A stretch of 64,000 nt of DNA, taken from the NCBI GenBank assembly GCA_963664435.2, contig CAXXKM010000003.1, positions 672,001-736,000 of the forward strand, read 5' to 3'. The stretch is from Longimicrobiales bacterium. Its GTDB lineage: Bacteria > Gemmatimonadota > Gemmatimonadetes > Longimicrobiales > Gaopeijiaceae. How positions within the stretch are numbered: the first letter of the stretch is position 1; every line of letters begins with the position of its first letter. The translations under genes and the position numbers were made by a program. Shown here in pieces: positions 20,975 through 31,969 of the stretch. The notes under the pieces are model-generated. The model was not told where the DNA came from, ran no database searches, and saw only the letters and a list, made by a program, of their open reading frames with translations.

Positions 20975-22324
20975 CTACGCGTTCGCCACCGCCTCGGCGA
21001 GGTTGTCGAGGGCCTTCTGCACCAGCACGCGCGAGGTGGCGAGGTTCATGCGCATGCGGCCGCTGCCGCCGGTGCCGTAGGAGTGCCCGGGATTCAGATA
21101 GATCCTGGCGTTCTCGGCGAACCAGCGCTGCATGACCTGCTCGGGCGTGACCACGGACTCGGAGGTCTTGTTCTCCTCCGCCGCCTTCTCGCGGGCGCCG
21201 ACCTTGTCCATCAGCCCGTTCACGTCCAGCCAGGCCAGGTAGGTGCCCTGGGCCTTGGTGTAGTCCACTCCGGGGACGTTCTTCAGGTGGGACTCGGCCA
21301 GGTCGTGGTTGCCGTCGATGTAGGGCAGGAGCTGGTCGAGCCACTCGTCGCCGTCGGTGACGGCGGCCCGGTTGGCCTCCATTCCCAGCGTGCTCAGGTC
21401 GGCCCGGGTATAGGAGCGGGCGCGCGCCATCAGGTTGGGATTGGTGGAGAAGTACCAGGCGGCCTTCATGGCGGCGAGGCTGAAAGTCTTGCTGGCCGCC
21501 TTGAAGGTGAGGCTGTTGTCGACGATGTCCTTGTCGGGCAGGCTCGCGAAGGGCGTGTACTTGTTGTCCGCGGTCACGAAGTCGCAGTGGATCTCGTCGG
21601 CGAGCACGATGACCCGGTTGCGGAGGCAGATCTCGCCCATGCGCAGCAGATCCTCCTCGGACCAGCAGTTGCCGGTGGGGTTCTGGGGATTGCACAGGAG
21701 GAAGCTGTTCACGCGCGTGGCGCGCCGCTCGAAGTCGTCCCAGTCGACCTCGTAACGGCCATCCACCACGTACATCTCGCTGTCCTCGGCGATCGTCCGG
21801 GTGAAGCGCAGGTCGCTGTAGAAGCCGTTGTAGGTGGGGGTGTTCATCAGCACCCTCGACCCCGGGGGCGAGAAGGCGTGGAGCGCCGCGATCAGCCCGG
21901 GGTGCACGCCCGTGGTGAGCTCAATGGTCGAGGGATCGACCTCGAGGCCGTAGCGCCGGTGGTTCCAGTCGGCGATGGCCTGGGTGTAGGAGGCCGGCCG
22001 GGCCAGATAGCCCCAGTTCTCGTGCTCGCAGCGCTTCGCCAGCGCCTCGGTGATGCAGGGGGCGGCGCGGAAGTCCATGTCCGCGATGCCCATCCCGACC
22101 TCGATGTCCTCGCCGAAGGCCGCAATGGCCCGGTCCCACTTGGTACAGTCGGTGCCCCGGCGGTCGTAGATCTCGTCGAAGTCGAAGCTCTGCCGGGATG
22201 TCGAGGCCAGGAGATCGGCGGGGCCCCCGAGTCCGCCCGGCCGGGCCCCGACCGCGCCGAGAACCGCCGTCGCTCCTGCGCCTCTCAAGAAGGTTCTGCG
22301 GCTGAACTGATGCTTCTGCGACAT
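20975..22324 (-). CDS. MalY/PatB-like PLP C-S lyase (aminotransferase class I/II) with Tat signal
   Basis: SRRTFLRG Tat motif, IADMDF, LCNPQNPTG, DEIHCD, ASKTFSLA, GTYLAWLD, RMNLA. Confidence 0.88.
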   Translation of the reverse strand: MSQKHQFSRRTFLRGAGATAVLGAVGARPGGLGGPADLLASTSRQSFDFDEIYDRRGTDCTKWDRAIAAFGEDIEVGMGIADMDFRAAPCITEALAKRCEHENWGYLARPASYTQAIADWNHRRYGLEVDPSTIELTTGVHPGLIAALHAFSPPGSRVLMNTPTYNGFYSDLRFTRTIAEDSEMYVVDGRYEVDWDDFERRATRVNSFLLCNPQNPTGNCWSEEDLLRMGEICLRNRVIVLADEIHCDFVTADNKYTPFASLPDKDIVDNSLTFKAASKTFSLAAMKAAWYFSTNPNLMARARSYTRADLSTLGMEANRAAVTDGDEWLDQLLPYIDGNHDLAESHLKNVPGVDYTKAQGTYLAWLDVNGLMDKVGAREKAAEENKTSESVVTPEQVMQRWFAENARIYLNPGHSYGTGGSGRMRMNLATSRVLVQKALDNLAEAVANA

Positions 22325-22478
22325 GGGGCCTCCTCGCCGTTGTGTCCTGCGGAAACGGTCCTCGTTTCCAGATCGTTGTCGGGGTGCGACGGGCATAGTA
22401 ACGCCTCGCGCCGGGTTTTTCACGCACGCGCCTCGTTCGCTCGACAGGGCGCCGACGTGAGCCCCGCCGCGAACCGGA

Positions 22479-22561
22479 TGCCGGGAGTGGGATTCGAACC
22501 CACACAGGCCTGAGCCTGGGGGATTTTAAGTCCCCTGCGTCTACCGTTCCGCCATCCCGGC
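22479..22561 (-). tRNA. tRNA-Leu (anticodon UAA); CCA not encoded
   Basis: Reverse complement GCCGGGATGGCGGAACGGTAGACGCAGGGGACTTAAAATCCCCCAGGCTCAGGCCTGTGTGGGTTCGAATCCCACTCCCGGCA folds as a cloverleaf with a long variable arm and GGTTCGAATC T-loop. Confidence 0.96.
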
Positions 22562-24061
22562 CGACAGGTCGAAAGCTACGGGCGCATCGCCGCGTGCGCG
22601 AAGACCACGCCCTGGTTGCGGGGCATCTGCCGACCCTCCACCGGCTTCGGACCTCCCGAACCCGGTCCCGATCGCCAGCAGGATCGCAGCCAGAAGCGCC
22701 CACGAATAGGCGTTGGCGAGCCCGGCTTCGAGCGCCGACACCCGGGGGATCCCGAACGGCTCGCCCGAAGCCGTGGCCGAGGCCGCCAGAATGGTCGGGA
22801 TGAAGAAGGGGAGGAGAAACGGGTAGGTGCACACGGTCATGTCGAGAAGGTTGGCGCGCCTGAGGCGCCCGACGCCGGCGCGCCTGCCCGAGTCCCGGAC
22901 GAGGTCGCCGACGGCGAGGATCGCCATGACCGAATGCGTCGTCAGCAGCACCGCCACGCTGGTGACGCCGAAGATGCGCAGCTCCGCGGCGCGCGCGCTT
23001 TCGGCCGCCCGCCGGGGATCCCGCGCGAGACGGTCCAGGATCCCCGCTTCCTGCGCGGCGCCCACGATGCCCATCAACAGGATGGTGAAGATGACGATCC
23101 CCACCGACCCCTCCATCCCGTCGAGGATGAGCCCGCGGGCCTGGAAGGCCTCCCGGTCGATGTAGACGAGGTCGGCCGGCGCAACGAGCCCGAGCGCAAG
23201 GGCCAGAACCAGAGCCGCGGCCACACCCGCGAAGAGGCTCTCCACCAGGCCGCGTCCCCGCCACAGCATGAAGAAGGCGGCGAGAGGCGCCAGCAGCATG
23301 GGAAGCGCGGCCGGGTTGCCTTCGAGCATCGCACCCTGCGAAGGCGCTTGCGTGACCGTGGCTTCGGCGCCTCCCAGCAGGGTGAGAATCAGGGCCGCGC
23401 CCAGCGCGGCAGGCAGCGCGTAACGGAGGCGGCTGCGCACCACGCCGCCCATGGGAGCCCTCTGGCTGCTCGCCGAGGCGATCGTGGTGTCGGACACGGG
23501 CGAGACGTTGTCTCCGAAGGTGGCCCCGGCCAGGATGGCCCCGATGAGAGCGACCGGGCTGGCCTCGAGGACGCCCGCCGCGGGATAGAGGAGCGGACCG
23601 CAGATCAGGATCGTGCCCAGGCTCGTCCCCGTCGCCGTGGAGAACAGGACCGCGATCAGGAACGACATGAGGACAAAGCCGCCGCCGCTCACCCCGAGTT
23701 CGCTCCCGGTCCAGACCAGGGCGTGCACGAGCCCCGATTCGCGGAGCACCACCGAGAAGACGCCCGCCAGCAGCCACGCGGCGACCATCAGCATCACGAT
23801 CGGGCGGGACATGCCCCGGAGCGCGGCGGCGCTGTACGCGGAGGCGCTTCTGGCGAGCAGCAGTCCGACCCCGAGGGCCGCCAGGAGGACAGGCCAGAGC
23901 CCGCGCTCGTCGGGGGCGCCCGAGAAGCCCAGCCATGCCGCGCCCGCGGCGAAAACCAGGATCGGGGCCACTGCGCCGGCAAGGCCCAGGTGGAAGCCAG
24001 GGGGTGCCGCCGGCTCAGCGCGCGGGGGCGAGGACGGTCGTGGCTCGGGTTCGGGGTTCAC
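22541..24061 (-). CDS. Na+/H+ antiporter NhaC family transporter
   Basis: Multiple TM segments, FSTATGTSLGT, GATFGDNVSPVSDTT. Start approximate. Confidence 0.85.
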   Translation of the reverse strand: MNPEPEPRPSSPPRAEPAAPPGFHLGLAGAVAPILVFAAGAAWLGFSGAPDERGLWPVLLAALGVGLLLARSASAYSAAALRGMSRPIVMLMVAAWLLAGVFSVVLRESGLVHALVWTGSELGVSGGGFVLMSFLIAVLFSTATGTSLGTILICGPLLYPAAGVLEASPVALIGAILAGATFGDNVSPVSDTTIASASSQRAPMGGVVRSRLRYALPAALGAALILTLLGGAEATVTQAPSQGAMLEGNPAALPMLLAPLAAFFMLWRGRGLVESLFAGVAAALVLALALGLVAPADLVYIDREAFQARGLILDGMEGSVGIVIFTILLMGIVGAAQEAGILDRLARDPRRAAESARAAELRIFGVTSVAVLLTTHSVMAILAVGDLVRDSGRRAGVGRLRRANLLDMTVCTYPFLLPFFIPTILAASATASGEPFGIPRVSALEAGLANAYSWALLAAILLAIGTGFGRSEAGGGSADAPQPGRGLRARGDAPVAFDLSAGMAER

Positions 24062-24165
24062 GGCGCCGTTCGGGTTTCTGGGTGACGGGACACGCCCTAT
24101 CATCGAGGATCGGCTCCGGACGGGCCAGCTTCCGTCACAGTCCCCCGGCAAATGAGGGCGCCCGC

Positions 24166-24501
24166 ATGAGCGTCGACGACGTCTTCGAACTCTACGACCT
24201 GCGGGTAGAGGTGGTCGCCGGCGAGGGCGACATGGTGTGCAACCACAAGGCGGGTGACTACTTCGAACTCAGCGGGGAGAACCTGTCCTTTCCCGACGGC
24301 CAGACCTTCCCCATCTATCCCCTGGCAGCCCTCCTTCCCCTCCTCCCGGCCAAGCAGCGCGACACCCATCCGCACGACTGGATGACCACGGACACGGATA
24401 TCGCGTGCCCCGATCCTCACTGCGGCGCCCGCTTCCGCATCACCCGGACCGGCAAGTCGACCTTCCGCCACAGCGAGGTCACGCGTGTTCCGCTGGACTG
24501 A
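24166..24501 (+). CDS. Small Cys-containing protein, TIGR04076-like
   Basis: LYDLRVEVV...CNHKAGDYF...LLPAKQR...ACPDPHC...FRITR. ATG 24166 with GAGG RBS. Confidence 0.7.
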   Translation: MSVDDVFELYDLRVEVVAGEGDMVCNHKAGDYFELSGENLSFPDGQTFPIYPLAALLPLLPAKQRDTHPHDWMTTDTDIACPDPHCGARFRITRTGKSTFRHSEVTRVPLD

Positions 24502-24561
24502 CCGCCCGCGGAAGAACTCCCCCCGGCATGCGAGCGGCGAAGCAAACGGGGACTCCCGCCG

Positions 24562-25584
24562 GTGAATCCGGTGCCACCACCCCTCCAGCTGCCCCCGTCC
24601 GGGGTGATCCGGGGCTGCTGGCAGCTTTCCGAAGGCCACGGCGACGGCTGGAACAGGGAGCGGGCGTTCGCTGCCCTGGACGCCGCGGCTGCGGCAGCGC
24701 GCCCGCTCGTGCTGGACTGCGCCGACATCTATACCGGCGTGGAGCGTACTATCGGGGACTGGCTCGCCCGACGGCCTGACATCGCCGATGACGTCGTCGT
24801 CCATTCCAAGTTCGTGCCCGACCTGAACGTCCTGTCCACCATCGACCGCGACCACGTCCGCCGCGTCATCCTGCGCTCACGCGACCGCCTCGGGGTGAAC
24901 GTGCTGGAACTGGTGCAGTTCGCGTGGTGGGACCTCGCGCAACCGAAGTGGGTGCAGACGGCCGAGTGGCTCGCGGAGCTTCGGGAGGAGGGGATCATTC
25001 GCAATCTGGGCGTCACCAACTTCGATCCGGCTTCGCTCGGCGCACTCCTGGACGCGGGCATCCCGGTGGTGTCCAGCCAGGTCCAGTTCTCCCTTCTCGA
25101 CCGCCGTCCCCTCAAGGGCCTGATGGAGTTGTGCCGGGAACGGGGGGTCACCCTGCTCGCCTACGGCGCCCTGGCGGGCGGCCTCCTCTCGGACGCCGGC
25201 GGCGCGCGGCTGGAGTCCCGGTCGCTGACCAAGTACCGCCTGATCGTCGAGGAGGTGGGTGGTCGAGAGGTGCTCGACCGGGCGCGCGGGGCGCTCGCGG
25301 GGCTGGCGGCGCGGCACGGGGCCACCATGGCTGACGCGGCGGTGGCCTACGTGCTCGGCCAGCCGGGCGTCGGGGCCGCGATCGTCGGCTTGAGCCGCAG
25401 AGGCCTGATGGTGGACGGACGCCGTGTGCGTCTCTCCGCGTGCGATGTGGCGCGGCTGGAGGAAACCGTGCCGGCGACCGTCAAGGGAGAAGTGTTCGAA
25501 GTCGAGCGCGACCGGGAGGGCCCGCACGGCCGCATCATGCGGTACAATCTGAACCGGGGGGACGGAGCCGGGGGCACGGCCTAG
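24562..25584 (+). CDS. Aldo/keto reductase
   Basis: GCWQL, DCADIY, SKF, IRNLGVTNF, QVQFSLLDRR, AYGALAGGLL. Confidence 0.88.
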   Translation: MNPVPPPLQLPPSGVIRGCWQLSEGHGDGWNRERAFAALDAAAAAARPLVLDCADIYTGVERTIGDWLARRPDIADDVVVHSKFVPDLNVLSTIDRDHVRRVILRSRDRLGVNVLELVQFAWWDLAQPKWVQTAEWLAELREEGIIRNLGVTNFDPASLGALLDAGIPVVSSQVQFSLLDRRPLKGLMELCRERGVTLLAYGALAGGLLSDAGGARLESRSLTKYRLIVEEVGGREVLDRARGALAGLAARHGATMADAAVAYVLGQPGVGAAIVGLSRRGLMVDGRRVRLSACDVARLEETVPATVKGEVFEVERDREGPHGRIMRYNLNRGDGAGGTA

Positions 25585-25811
25585 CGCGCCCCTGGCAAGA
25601 CCCTCGACCTCCAGTCCATCCCCGCATCCCGGCGGCGTGGTGCGGAGTCCGCTCGCGGCCGGCCATCCGGCTATTCTGAACGACAGTTGCGGACGCTCGA
25701 CACCCGTCCCAATATTGAAAGTCCGTCCCGCTCATTCCACTGCGACGGCCACACTCGCGAAGGAATGGCGGGGCATTTTGCGAACAGAAGCAGGAGGACG
25801 CTCGACACGCC

Positions 25812-28800
25812 ATGGATGTACCGCGCGTCCCCCGCTCCCGCCCTCCTCCCGCCCGGGGGTTGTACAGCCCCCGCTACGAGCGCGACAGCTGCGGCGTCGG
25901 TTTCGTGTGCGACATCAAGGGACGCGCCAGCCGGGCGATCCTCGACGATGCCAACCGCATCAACTGCCGCATGGGGCACCGCGGCGGCATCGGCTGCGAA
26001 CCCGGGACGGGGGACGGCGCCGGGCTCCTTACGGGGCTTCCGCACCGGCTTCTCGACCGCGTCGCCAGCGAGCACCTGGGCATCTCCCTTCCCCCTCCCG
26101 GCCAATACGCGGTCGGCATCGCCTTCCTCCCGCGCAACCGCCGGGAACGGCGCATCTGCAAGGAGCGCACCGAGGCCATCATCGTCGAGCAGGGACAGCG
26201 CCTGCTGGGATGGCGCCGGCTCCCGCACAGCGCCGAACGCGCGGGGCTGACCCCGACCGTGACCGCCTCCATGCCGCACCTCGAGCAGCTCTTCGTCGGG
26301 GCCGGCGAGGGCTTTGCCGACAGCGCTTTCGAGCGCCAGCTCTACATCATCCGCAAGTACGCCAGCCATTGCCTGCGCGGCGATCCGCGCCTCTCGGGGC
26401 GGGAGCTTCCCTACTTCTGCTCGCTCTCGACCAACACGGTCATCTACAAGGGGATGCTCACGCCCCATCAGCTCTTCGAGTTCTTCGACGACCTCCGCGC
26501 CGCGGACTACGAGTCCCACATGGCGATGGTGCACTCGCGCTTCTCCACGAACACCTTCCCGTCGTGGGACCGCGCCCAGCCCAACCGCGCCATGTGCCAC
26601 AACGGCGAGATCAACACGCTGCTGGGCAACTGCAACTGGATGAACGCGCGCGAGGGCGTGCTGCACTCGAAGCTGTTCGGGGACGAACTGGAGAAGCTCT
26701 TCCCGATCATCGAGCCCAACTGTTCGGACTCGGGGAACTTCGACAACGTGCTCGAGTTCCTGCTCATGACCGGGCGCAGCCTGCCGGAGTCGATCATGAC
26801 CATGATCCCCGAGGCGTGGCAGCAGCGGCCCGACATGCCGGCGGACAAGCGCGCCTTCTACGAATTCCAGTCGTGCCTGATGGAGCCCTGGGACGGTCCG
26901 GCTCTGATCCCCTTCGCCGACGGCCACTGCATCGGAGCGGTGCTCGACCGCAACGGGCTGCGCCCGAGCCGCTACTACGTGACCGACGACGACCGTTGCG
27001 TCATGGCCTCCGAGGTGGGGGTGTTGCCGGTGGCGCCGGAGCGGGTGGTGAAGAAAGGGCGGCTGCACCCGGGGCGGCTGTTCCTGATCGATTTCGATGC
27101 CGGGCGCCTGGTGCCGGACCACGAGCTCAAGTCGGAGTGGGCGAGGCAGCGGCCCTACGGGGAATGGCTGGCGCGGCAGCGCCTGGAGCTGGGCGAGGCC
27201 GACGATTCTCGGGGCTACGACGAAGCGACCGTCCTCGGGCGCATGCGGGCCTTCGGCTATACGACCGAAACCCTGCAGTTCATGCTCCTCAGCCTGGTGC
27301 GCGACCGTCGCGACCCGCTCGGCTCCATGGGCAACGACGCGGAGCTGGCGGCGCTCTCGGACCGGCCGCGCATGCTCTACGACTACTTCAAGCAGCGCTT
27401 CGCGCAGGTCACCAACCCCGCCATCGATTCGATCCGCGAGGAAGTGGTCATGTCGCTCGAGTGCTACATCGGGCCGGAGGGGAACCTCCTGGAGGTCTCG
27501 GAGGAACACGCGCACCGGCTTCGCCTCCCGCACCCGATCCTCTCCAACCGGCAGTTCGCCGCCCTCGCCCGCCTGGAAGACCACGGTTGGAGATGCCGGA
27601 CGCTCGACGCCACCTTCGCGCGCGGATCCGGGAAGCGTGGCCTGCTCGCCGCCCTGGGTCGCCTCGAGCAAGAGGCCGACCGGGCCGTGGAGGAAGGATT
27701 CCGCCTGCTCGTGCTCTCGGACCGCGCAATCGGAGCGGATCGCCTCGCCATCAGCTCCCTGCTCGCCGTGGGCTGCGTGCACCACCACCTGGTGCGCACG
27801 CACCAGCGCACCCGCATCGCCCTGATCGTCGAGACCGGCGAGGCGCGCGAGGTGCACCACCACTGCCTGCTGCTGGGCTACGGGGCGGATGCCATCAACC
27901 CCTACCTGGCCTACGAGTCGCTCTGGCTCGCCCGCCGCGCCGGACGGATGGACGACTACGACCACATCGGTTCCGACGACGACGTGGTCGCCGCGTACCG
28001 CAAGGGGGTCGGCAAGGGCATCCTCAAGGTGATGGCAAAGATGGGGATTTCGACGCTGCAGTCCTACAAGGGGGCGCAGATCTTCGAGGCGGTCGGGCTC
28101 GGACCGGAGGTGGTAAACCGCTGCTTCACCGATACCGAGAGCCGCGTGGGCGGCATCGGCTTCGGGGTGCTGGCGGAGGAGATCGAGCGTCGCCACGAAC
28201 TGGGCTTCGCGGGCACCACGCGGAGCAATGGACGGGCGTTGCCCAATCCCGGCGACTTTCACTGGCGCAAGGGTGGGGCGCGCCACATGTGGGACCCCGT
28301 GTCGGTGCGCGGCCTTCGGGTCGCCGCGCGCACCAACTCCCCGGAGGCCTACTGGCGCTTCGCCCGTCACGCCAACGAGGAAAACACGCGCAAGGCGACG
28401 CTGCGCGGCCTCCTCCGGTTCCGTCCCACCGGTCCGCCCGTGGATCTGGACCAGGTCGAGCCCGAGGCCGCGATCGTAAGGCGCTTCGCAACCGGCGCGA
28501 TGAGTTTCGGGTCCATCTCGAAGGAAGCCCACGAATCGCTCGCCCTTGCCATGAACCACATCGGCGCCAGGTCCAATTCAGGCGAGGGCGGCGAGGATCC
28601 GGCGCGCAACGTCCCGGACCCGGACGGGGGGCTGCGCCGCTCCGCGATCAAGCAGGTGGCCAGCGGACGCTTCGGCGTGACGATCGAGTATCTCACCGCG
28701 GCCGAGGAGCTGCAGATCAAGATCGTGCAGGGAGCCAAGCCCGGGGAGGGCGGCGAGCTTCCGGGACGCAAGGTGGACGACTACATCGCGTCGATCCGGC

Positions 28801-30392
28801 ATTCCACGCCGGGCGTGGGCCTGATCAGCCCGCCCCCGCACCACGACATCTACTCCATCGAGGACATCGCCCAGCTCATCCACGACCTCAAGAACGCCAA
28901 CCCGCAGGCGCGCATCAGCGTGAAGCTGTGCGCCGAGATCGGCGTCGGCACGGTGGCCGCGGGGGTGGTCAAGGCGCGCGCCGATCACCTGGTCATCTCG
29001 GGCGACAGCGGGGGCACGGGCGCCTCGCCCCTCACCTCCATCAAGCACGCGGGCCTGCCGTGGGAGCTGGGGATCGCGGAAGTCCACCAGACGCTGGTGA
29101 TGAACAACCTGCGCTCGCGGGTGATCGTGCAAACCGACGGGCAGCTGAAGACGGGCCGGGACGTGGCCGTCGCCGCGCTGCTGGGGGCGGAGGAGTTCGG
29201 CTTCTCCACCGCCCCGCTGATCACGCTGGGCTGCGTCATGATGCGCAAGTGCCACCTGAACACCTGTCCCGTGGGCGTGGCGACCCAGGACCCGGAGCTG
29301 CGCAAGAAGTTCTCCGGGAAGCCGGAATACATCATCAACTACCTGTTCATGGTCGCGCGCGAGCTGCGTGAGATCATGGCCCGGCTCGGCTTCCGCACCG
29401 TGAACGAGATGATCGGGCGCGTGGACGCGCTGCGCGCCGCGCCCCGGCCCGGGCACTGGAAGGCCAGGAGCGTGAACGTGGACGCGCTCCTGATGCCGGC
29501 GCTGGAGCCGACCGACTGCCTGGGCGTGTACTGCCGGCACGAACAGGATCACGGCCTGGAGGATGCCCTCGACCACACCCTGATCCGCCTGGCCGGCCCG
29601 GCCATCGAGGAAGGTCGGCCGGTGCGCCACGACATGGCCATCTCCAACGGAAACCGGGTGGTGGGCGGCATGCTGTCCAACCACATCATCCGCCGCGCGG
29701 GGCCGGGCATGCTTCCCGAGGGTTCCATTCATTTCCGCTTCCAGGGGAGCGCGGGACAGAGCTTCGGCGCCTGGCTGGCGCGCGGGGTTACGCTCGAAGT
29801 GGAAGGCGACGCCAACGACTACGTCGGCAAGGGGCTCTCGGGCGGCAGGATCATCCTGTATCCGCCACGCGCGTCCCGGTTCAAGGCGGAAGAGAACATT
29901 CTGGTCGGCAACGTGGTGTTCTACGGCGCCATCAGCGGCGAGGGCTTCTTCCGGGGCATCGCGGCCGAGCGCTTCTGCGTGCGCAACAGCGGCGCCACCG
30001 CGGTCGTGGAAGGCATCGGCGACCATGGCTGCGAGTACATGACGGGCGGGCGCGTCGTGGTGCTGGGCCAGACCGGGATCAACTTCGCGGCCGGCATGTC
30101 GGGGGGGATCGCCTACGTCTGGGACCCCGAGGACGCCTTCGAACGCCGCTGCAACATGGACCTGGTGGTGCTCGAACGCCTGTCCGACGCGGCCGAGCGC
30201 GAGGAACTCCGCCGCCTCATCGAACGGCACCGCGAGTACACGGGCTCCACCGTCGCGGCCGCCATCCTCGGCGATTGGGAGGCGCGCCATCCGGAATTCG
30301 CAAAGGTGGTGCCGATCGACTACAAGCGGGCGCTGGAGGAGCGCGCCGCCGCCGGCCATCCCCACGCGCTGCCCGCTGCGGCCGGCACCTGA
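25812..30392 (+). CDS. gltB: Glutamate synthase large subunit
   Basis: [62 protein letters not shown]-domain. Confidence 0.98.
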   Translation: MDVPRVPRSRPPPARGLYSPRYERDSCGVGFVCDIKGRASRAILDDANRINCRMGHRGGIGCEPGTGDGAGLLTGLPHRLLDRVASEHLGISLPPPGQYAVGIAFLPRNRRERRICKERTEAIIVEQGQRLLGWRRLPHSAERAGLTPTVTASMPHLEQLFVGAGEGFADSAFERQLYIIRKYASHCLRGDPRLSGRELPYFCSLSTNTVIYKGMLTPHQLFEFFDDLRAADYESHMAMVHSRFSTNTFPSWDRAQPNRAMCHNGEINTLLGNCNWMNAREGVLHSKLFGDELEKLFPIIEPNCSDSGNFDNVLEFLLMTGRSLPESIMTMIPEAWQQRPDMPADKRAFYEFQSCLMEPWDGPALIPFADGHCIGAVLDRNGLRPSRYYVTDDDRCVMASEVGVLPVAPERVVKKGRLHPGRLFLIDFDAGRLVPDHELKSEWARQRPYGEWLARQRLELGEADDSRGYDEATVLGRMRAFGYTTETLQFMLLSLVRDRRDPLGSMGNDAELAALSDRPRMLYDYFKQRFAQVTNPAIDSIREEVVMSLECYIGPEGNLLEVSEEHAHRLRLPHPILSNRQFAALARLEDHGWRCRTLDATFARGSGKRGLLAALGRLEQEADRAVEEGFRLLVLSDRAIGADRLAISSLLAVGCVHHHLVRTHQRTRIALIVETGEAREVHHHCLLLGYGADAINPYLAYESLWLARRAGRMDDYDHIGSDDDVVAAYRKGVGKGILKVMAKMGISTLQSYKGAQIFEAVGLGPEVVNRCFTDTESRVGGIGFGVLAEEIERRHELGFAGTTRSNGRALPNPGDFHWRKGGARHMWDPVSVRGLRVAARTNSPEAYWRFARHANEENTRKATLRGLLRFRPTGPPVDLDQVEPEAAIVRRFATGAMSFGSISKEAHESLALAMNHIGARSNSGEGGEDPARNVPDPDGGLRRSAIKQVASGRFGVTIEYLTAAEELQIKIVQGAKPGEGGELPGRKVDDYIASIRHSTPGVGLISPPPHHDIYSIEDIAQLIHDLKNANPQARISVKLCAEIGVGTVAAGVVKARADHLVISGDSGGTGASPLTSIKHAGLPWELGIAEVHQTLVMNNLRSRVIVQTDGQLKTGRDVAVAALLGAEEFGFSTAPLITLGCVMMRKCHLNTCPVGVATQDPELRKKFSGKPEYIINYLFMVARELREIMARLGFRTVNEMIGRVDALRAAPRPGHWKARSVNVDALLMPALEPTDCLGVYCRHEQDHGLEDALDHTLIRLAGPAIEEGRPVRHDMAISNGNRVVGGMLSNHIIRRAGPGMLPEGSIHFRFQGSAGQSFGAWLARGVTLEVEGDANDYVGKGLSGGRIILYPPRASRFKAEENILVGNVVFYGAISGEGFFRGIAAERFCVRNSGATAVVEGIGDHGCEYMTGGRVVVLGQTGINFAAGMSGGIAYVWDPEDAFERRCNMDLVVLERLSDAAEREELRRLIERHREYTGSTVAAAILGDWEARHPEFAKVVPIDYKRALEERAAAGHPHALPAAAGT

Positions 30393-30403
30393 CGGCGAGC
30401 CGC

Positions 30404-31855
30404 ATGGGCAAGGTCACGGGCTTCAAGGAATTCGCGCGCGAGGCGGCCCCTTACCGGGACCCGGCCACCCGCATTCTGGATTTCGACGAGATCTACACGC
30501 CGCACGCCGATGAGCGGCTGCAGACCCAGGGCGCGCGCTGCATGGACTGCGGCGTGCCGTTCTGCCAGTCGGACGACGGCTGCCCGGTCTACAACCTGAT
30601 ACCGGAGTGGAACGACCTCGTCTACCGGGGACGCTGGCGCGAGGCGCTCGATCGCCTGCACAGGACCAACAACTTCCCCGAAGTCACCGGCCGGGTGTGT
30701 CCCGCTCCCTGCGAGGGGTCGTGCGTCCTCGGCATCGCCGATCCCCCGGTCACCATCAAGAACATCGAGATGGCGATCGCCGACCGCGGCTTCGACCAGG
30801 GGTGGGTGACGGCTCATCCGCCGTCCGCGCGAACCGGAAAGAGCGTGGCCGTGGTGGGTTCCGGCCCGGCGGGGCTGGCGGCGGCGGCGCAGCTCAACTC
30901 CGCCGGGCATCGGGTGACGGTCTATGAGCGCGACGACCGCATCGGCGGCCTGCTCATGTACGGAATCCCCAGCATGAAGCTCGACAAGCGCATCGTTGAG
31001 CGGCGCGTTTCGCTCCTGCGCGAGGAAGGCGTCGAGTTCGTGACCAACGCGTCGGTCGCCGATGGCGGCGGGGGCTCGCTGGACGTGCGCCGGCTGCGCG
31101 CGGATTTCGACGCCCTGCTCCTGGCGACGGGCGCCACAGAGGCCCGCGATCTCCCGGTCGGCGGGCGGGAACTGCCCGGCATCCACTTCGCCATGGAGTA
31201 CCTCACCGACAGCATCCAGGCGGTGCTGGGCGATCATCCGCCCCGAATCCCCGCCACCGATCTTGACGTCGTCGTCATCGGCGGGGGCGACACCGGCACC
31301 GACTGCATCGGCACTTCCCTGCGCCAGTCGTGCCGCCGCCTGATCAACTTCGAACTCCTGCCGCGGCCGCCGGAGGAGCGGGCCCCCGACAATCCCTGGC
31401 CTGCCTGGCCGCTCATCTTCCGGGTGGAATACGGGCACGAGGAGTCGGTCGCCCATCTCGGACACGATCCGCGGGTCTACGCGATCTCGGCGGAGAGCTT
31501 CTTCGCCGGGGCGGACGGCAAGGTCGCAGGGGTACGCACGCTCGACGTCACCTTCCATGGCGGCCGCCTGCGCAAGATTCCGGGGAGCCAGCGCGAGTGG
31601 AGCGCGGATCTCGTTCTCCTGTCGATGGGGTTTCTCGGCCCGGAGCGCGCGCCCGCGGATCCCCTGGGCATCGCATACGACGAGAACTCCAACTACGCCG
31701 CCGAGTTCGGCCGCTACGCCACGAACGTGGACGGCGTGTTCGCCGCCGGGGACTGCCGGCGCGGGCAATCGCTGGTGGTGTGGGCCATCCGCGAAGGGCG
31801 CGAGGCCGCGCGCGAGATCGACCGCTGGCTGATGGGCGCCACGCGGCTTCCCTGA
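30404..31855 (+). CDS. gltD: Glutamate synthase small subunit
   Basis: [55 protein letters not shown]. Confidence 0.97.
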   Translation: MGKVTGFKEFAREAAPYRDPATRILDFDEIYTPHADERLQTQGARCMDCGVPFCQSDDGCPVYNLIPEWNDLVYRGRWREALDRLHRTNNFPEVTGRVCPAPCEGSCVLGIADPPVTIKNIEMAIADRGFDQGWVTAHPPSARTGKSVAVVGSGPAGLAAAAQLNSAGHRVTVYERDDRIGGLLMYGIPSMKLDKRIVERRVSLLREEGVEFVTNASVADGGGGSLDVRRLRADFDALLLATGATEARDLPVGGRELPGIHFAMEYLTDSIQAVLGDHPPRIPATDLDVVVIGGGDTGTDCIGTSLRQSCRRLINFELLPRPPEERAPDNPWPAWPLIFRVEYGHEESVAHLGHDPRVYAISAESFFAGADGKVAGVRTLDVTFHGGRLRKIPGSQREWSADLVLLSMGFLGPERAPADPLGIAYDENSNYAAEFGRYATNVDGVFAAGDCRRGQSLVVWAIREGREAAREIDRWLMGATRLP

Positions 31856-31969
31856 CGGTCGTCTACCCCTGTCGCGACGGGCGCCGACCGCGCACTTTGT
31901 CCACTGTGGCTGCGAGCGCGAATCTCGCGGCACGGTCGACCCGCTTACCGACTTCAAGGAGGATCAGAC

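Noticed and set aside
22479..22561. tRNA-anchored genomic island
   Set aside because: No integrase next to the tRNA, and I saw no duplicate of its 3' end in the window.
25725..25774. glnA glutamine riboswitch
   Set aside because: It ends in GAAGGAAUG like the motif's 3' side, but is too short and lacks the P2 hairpin and GGAAGUA E-loop.
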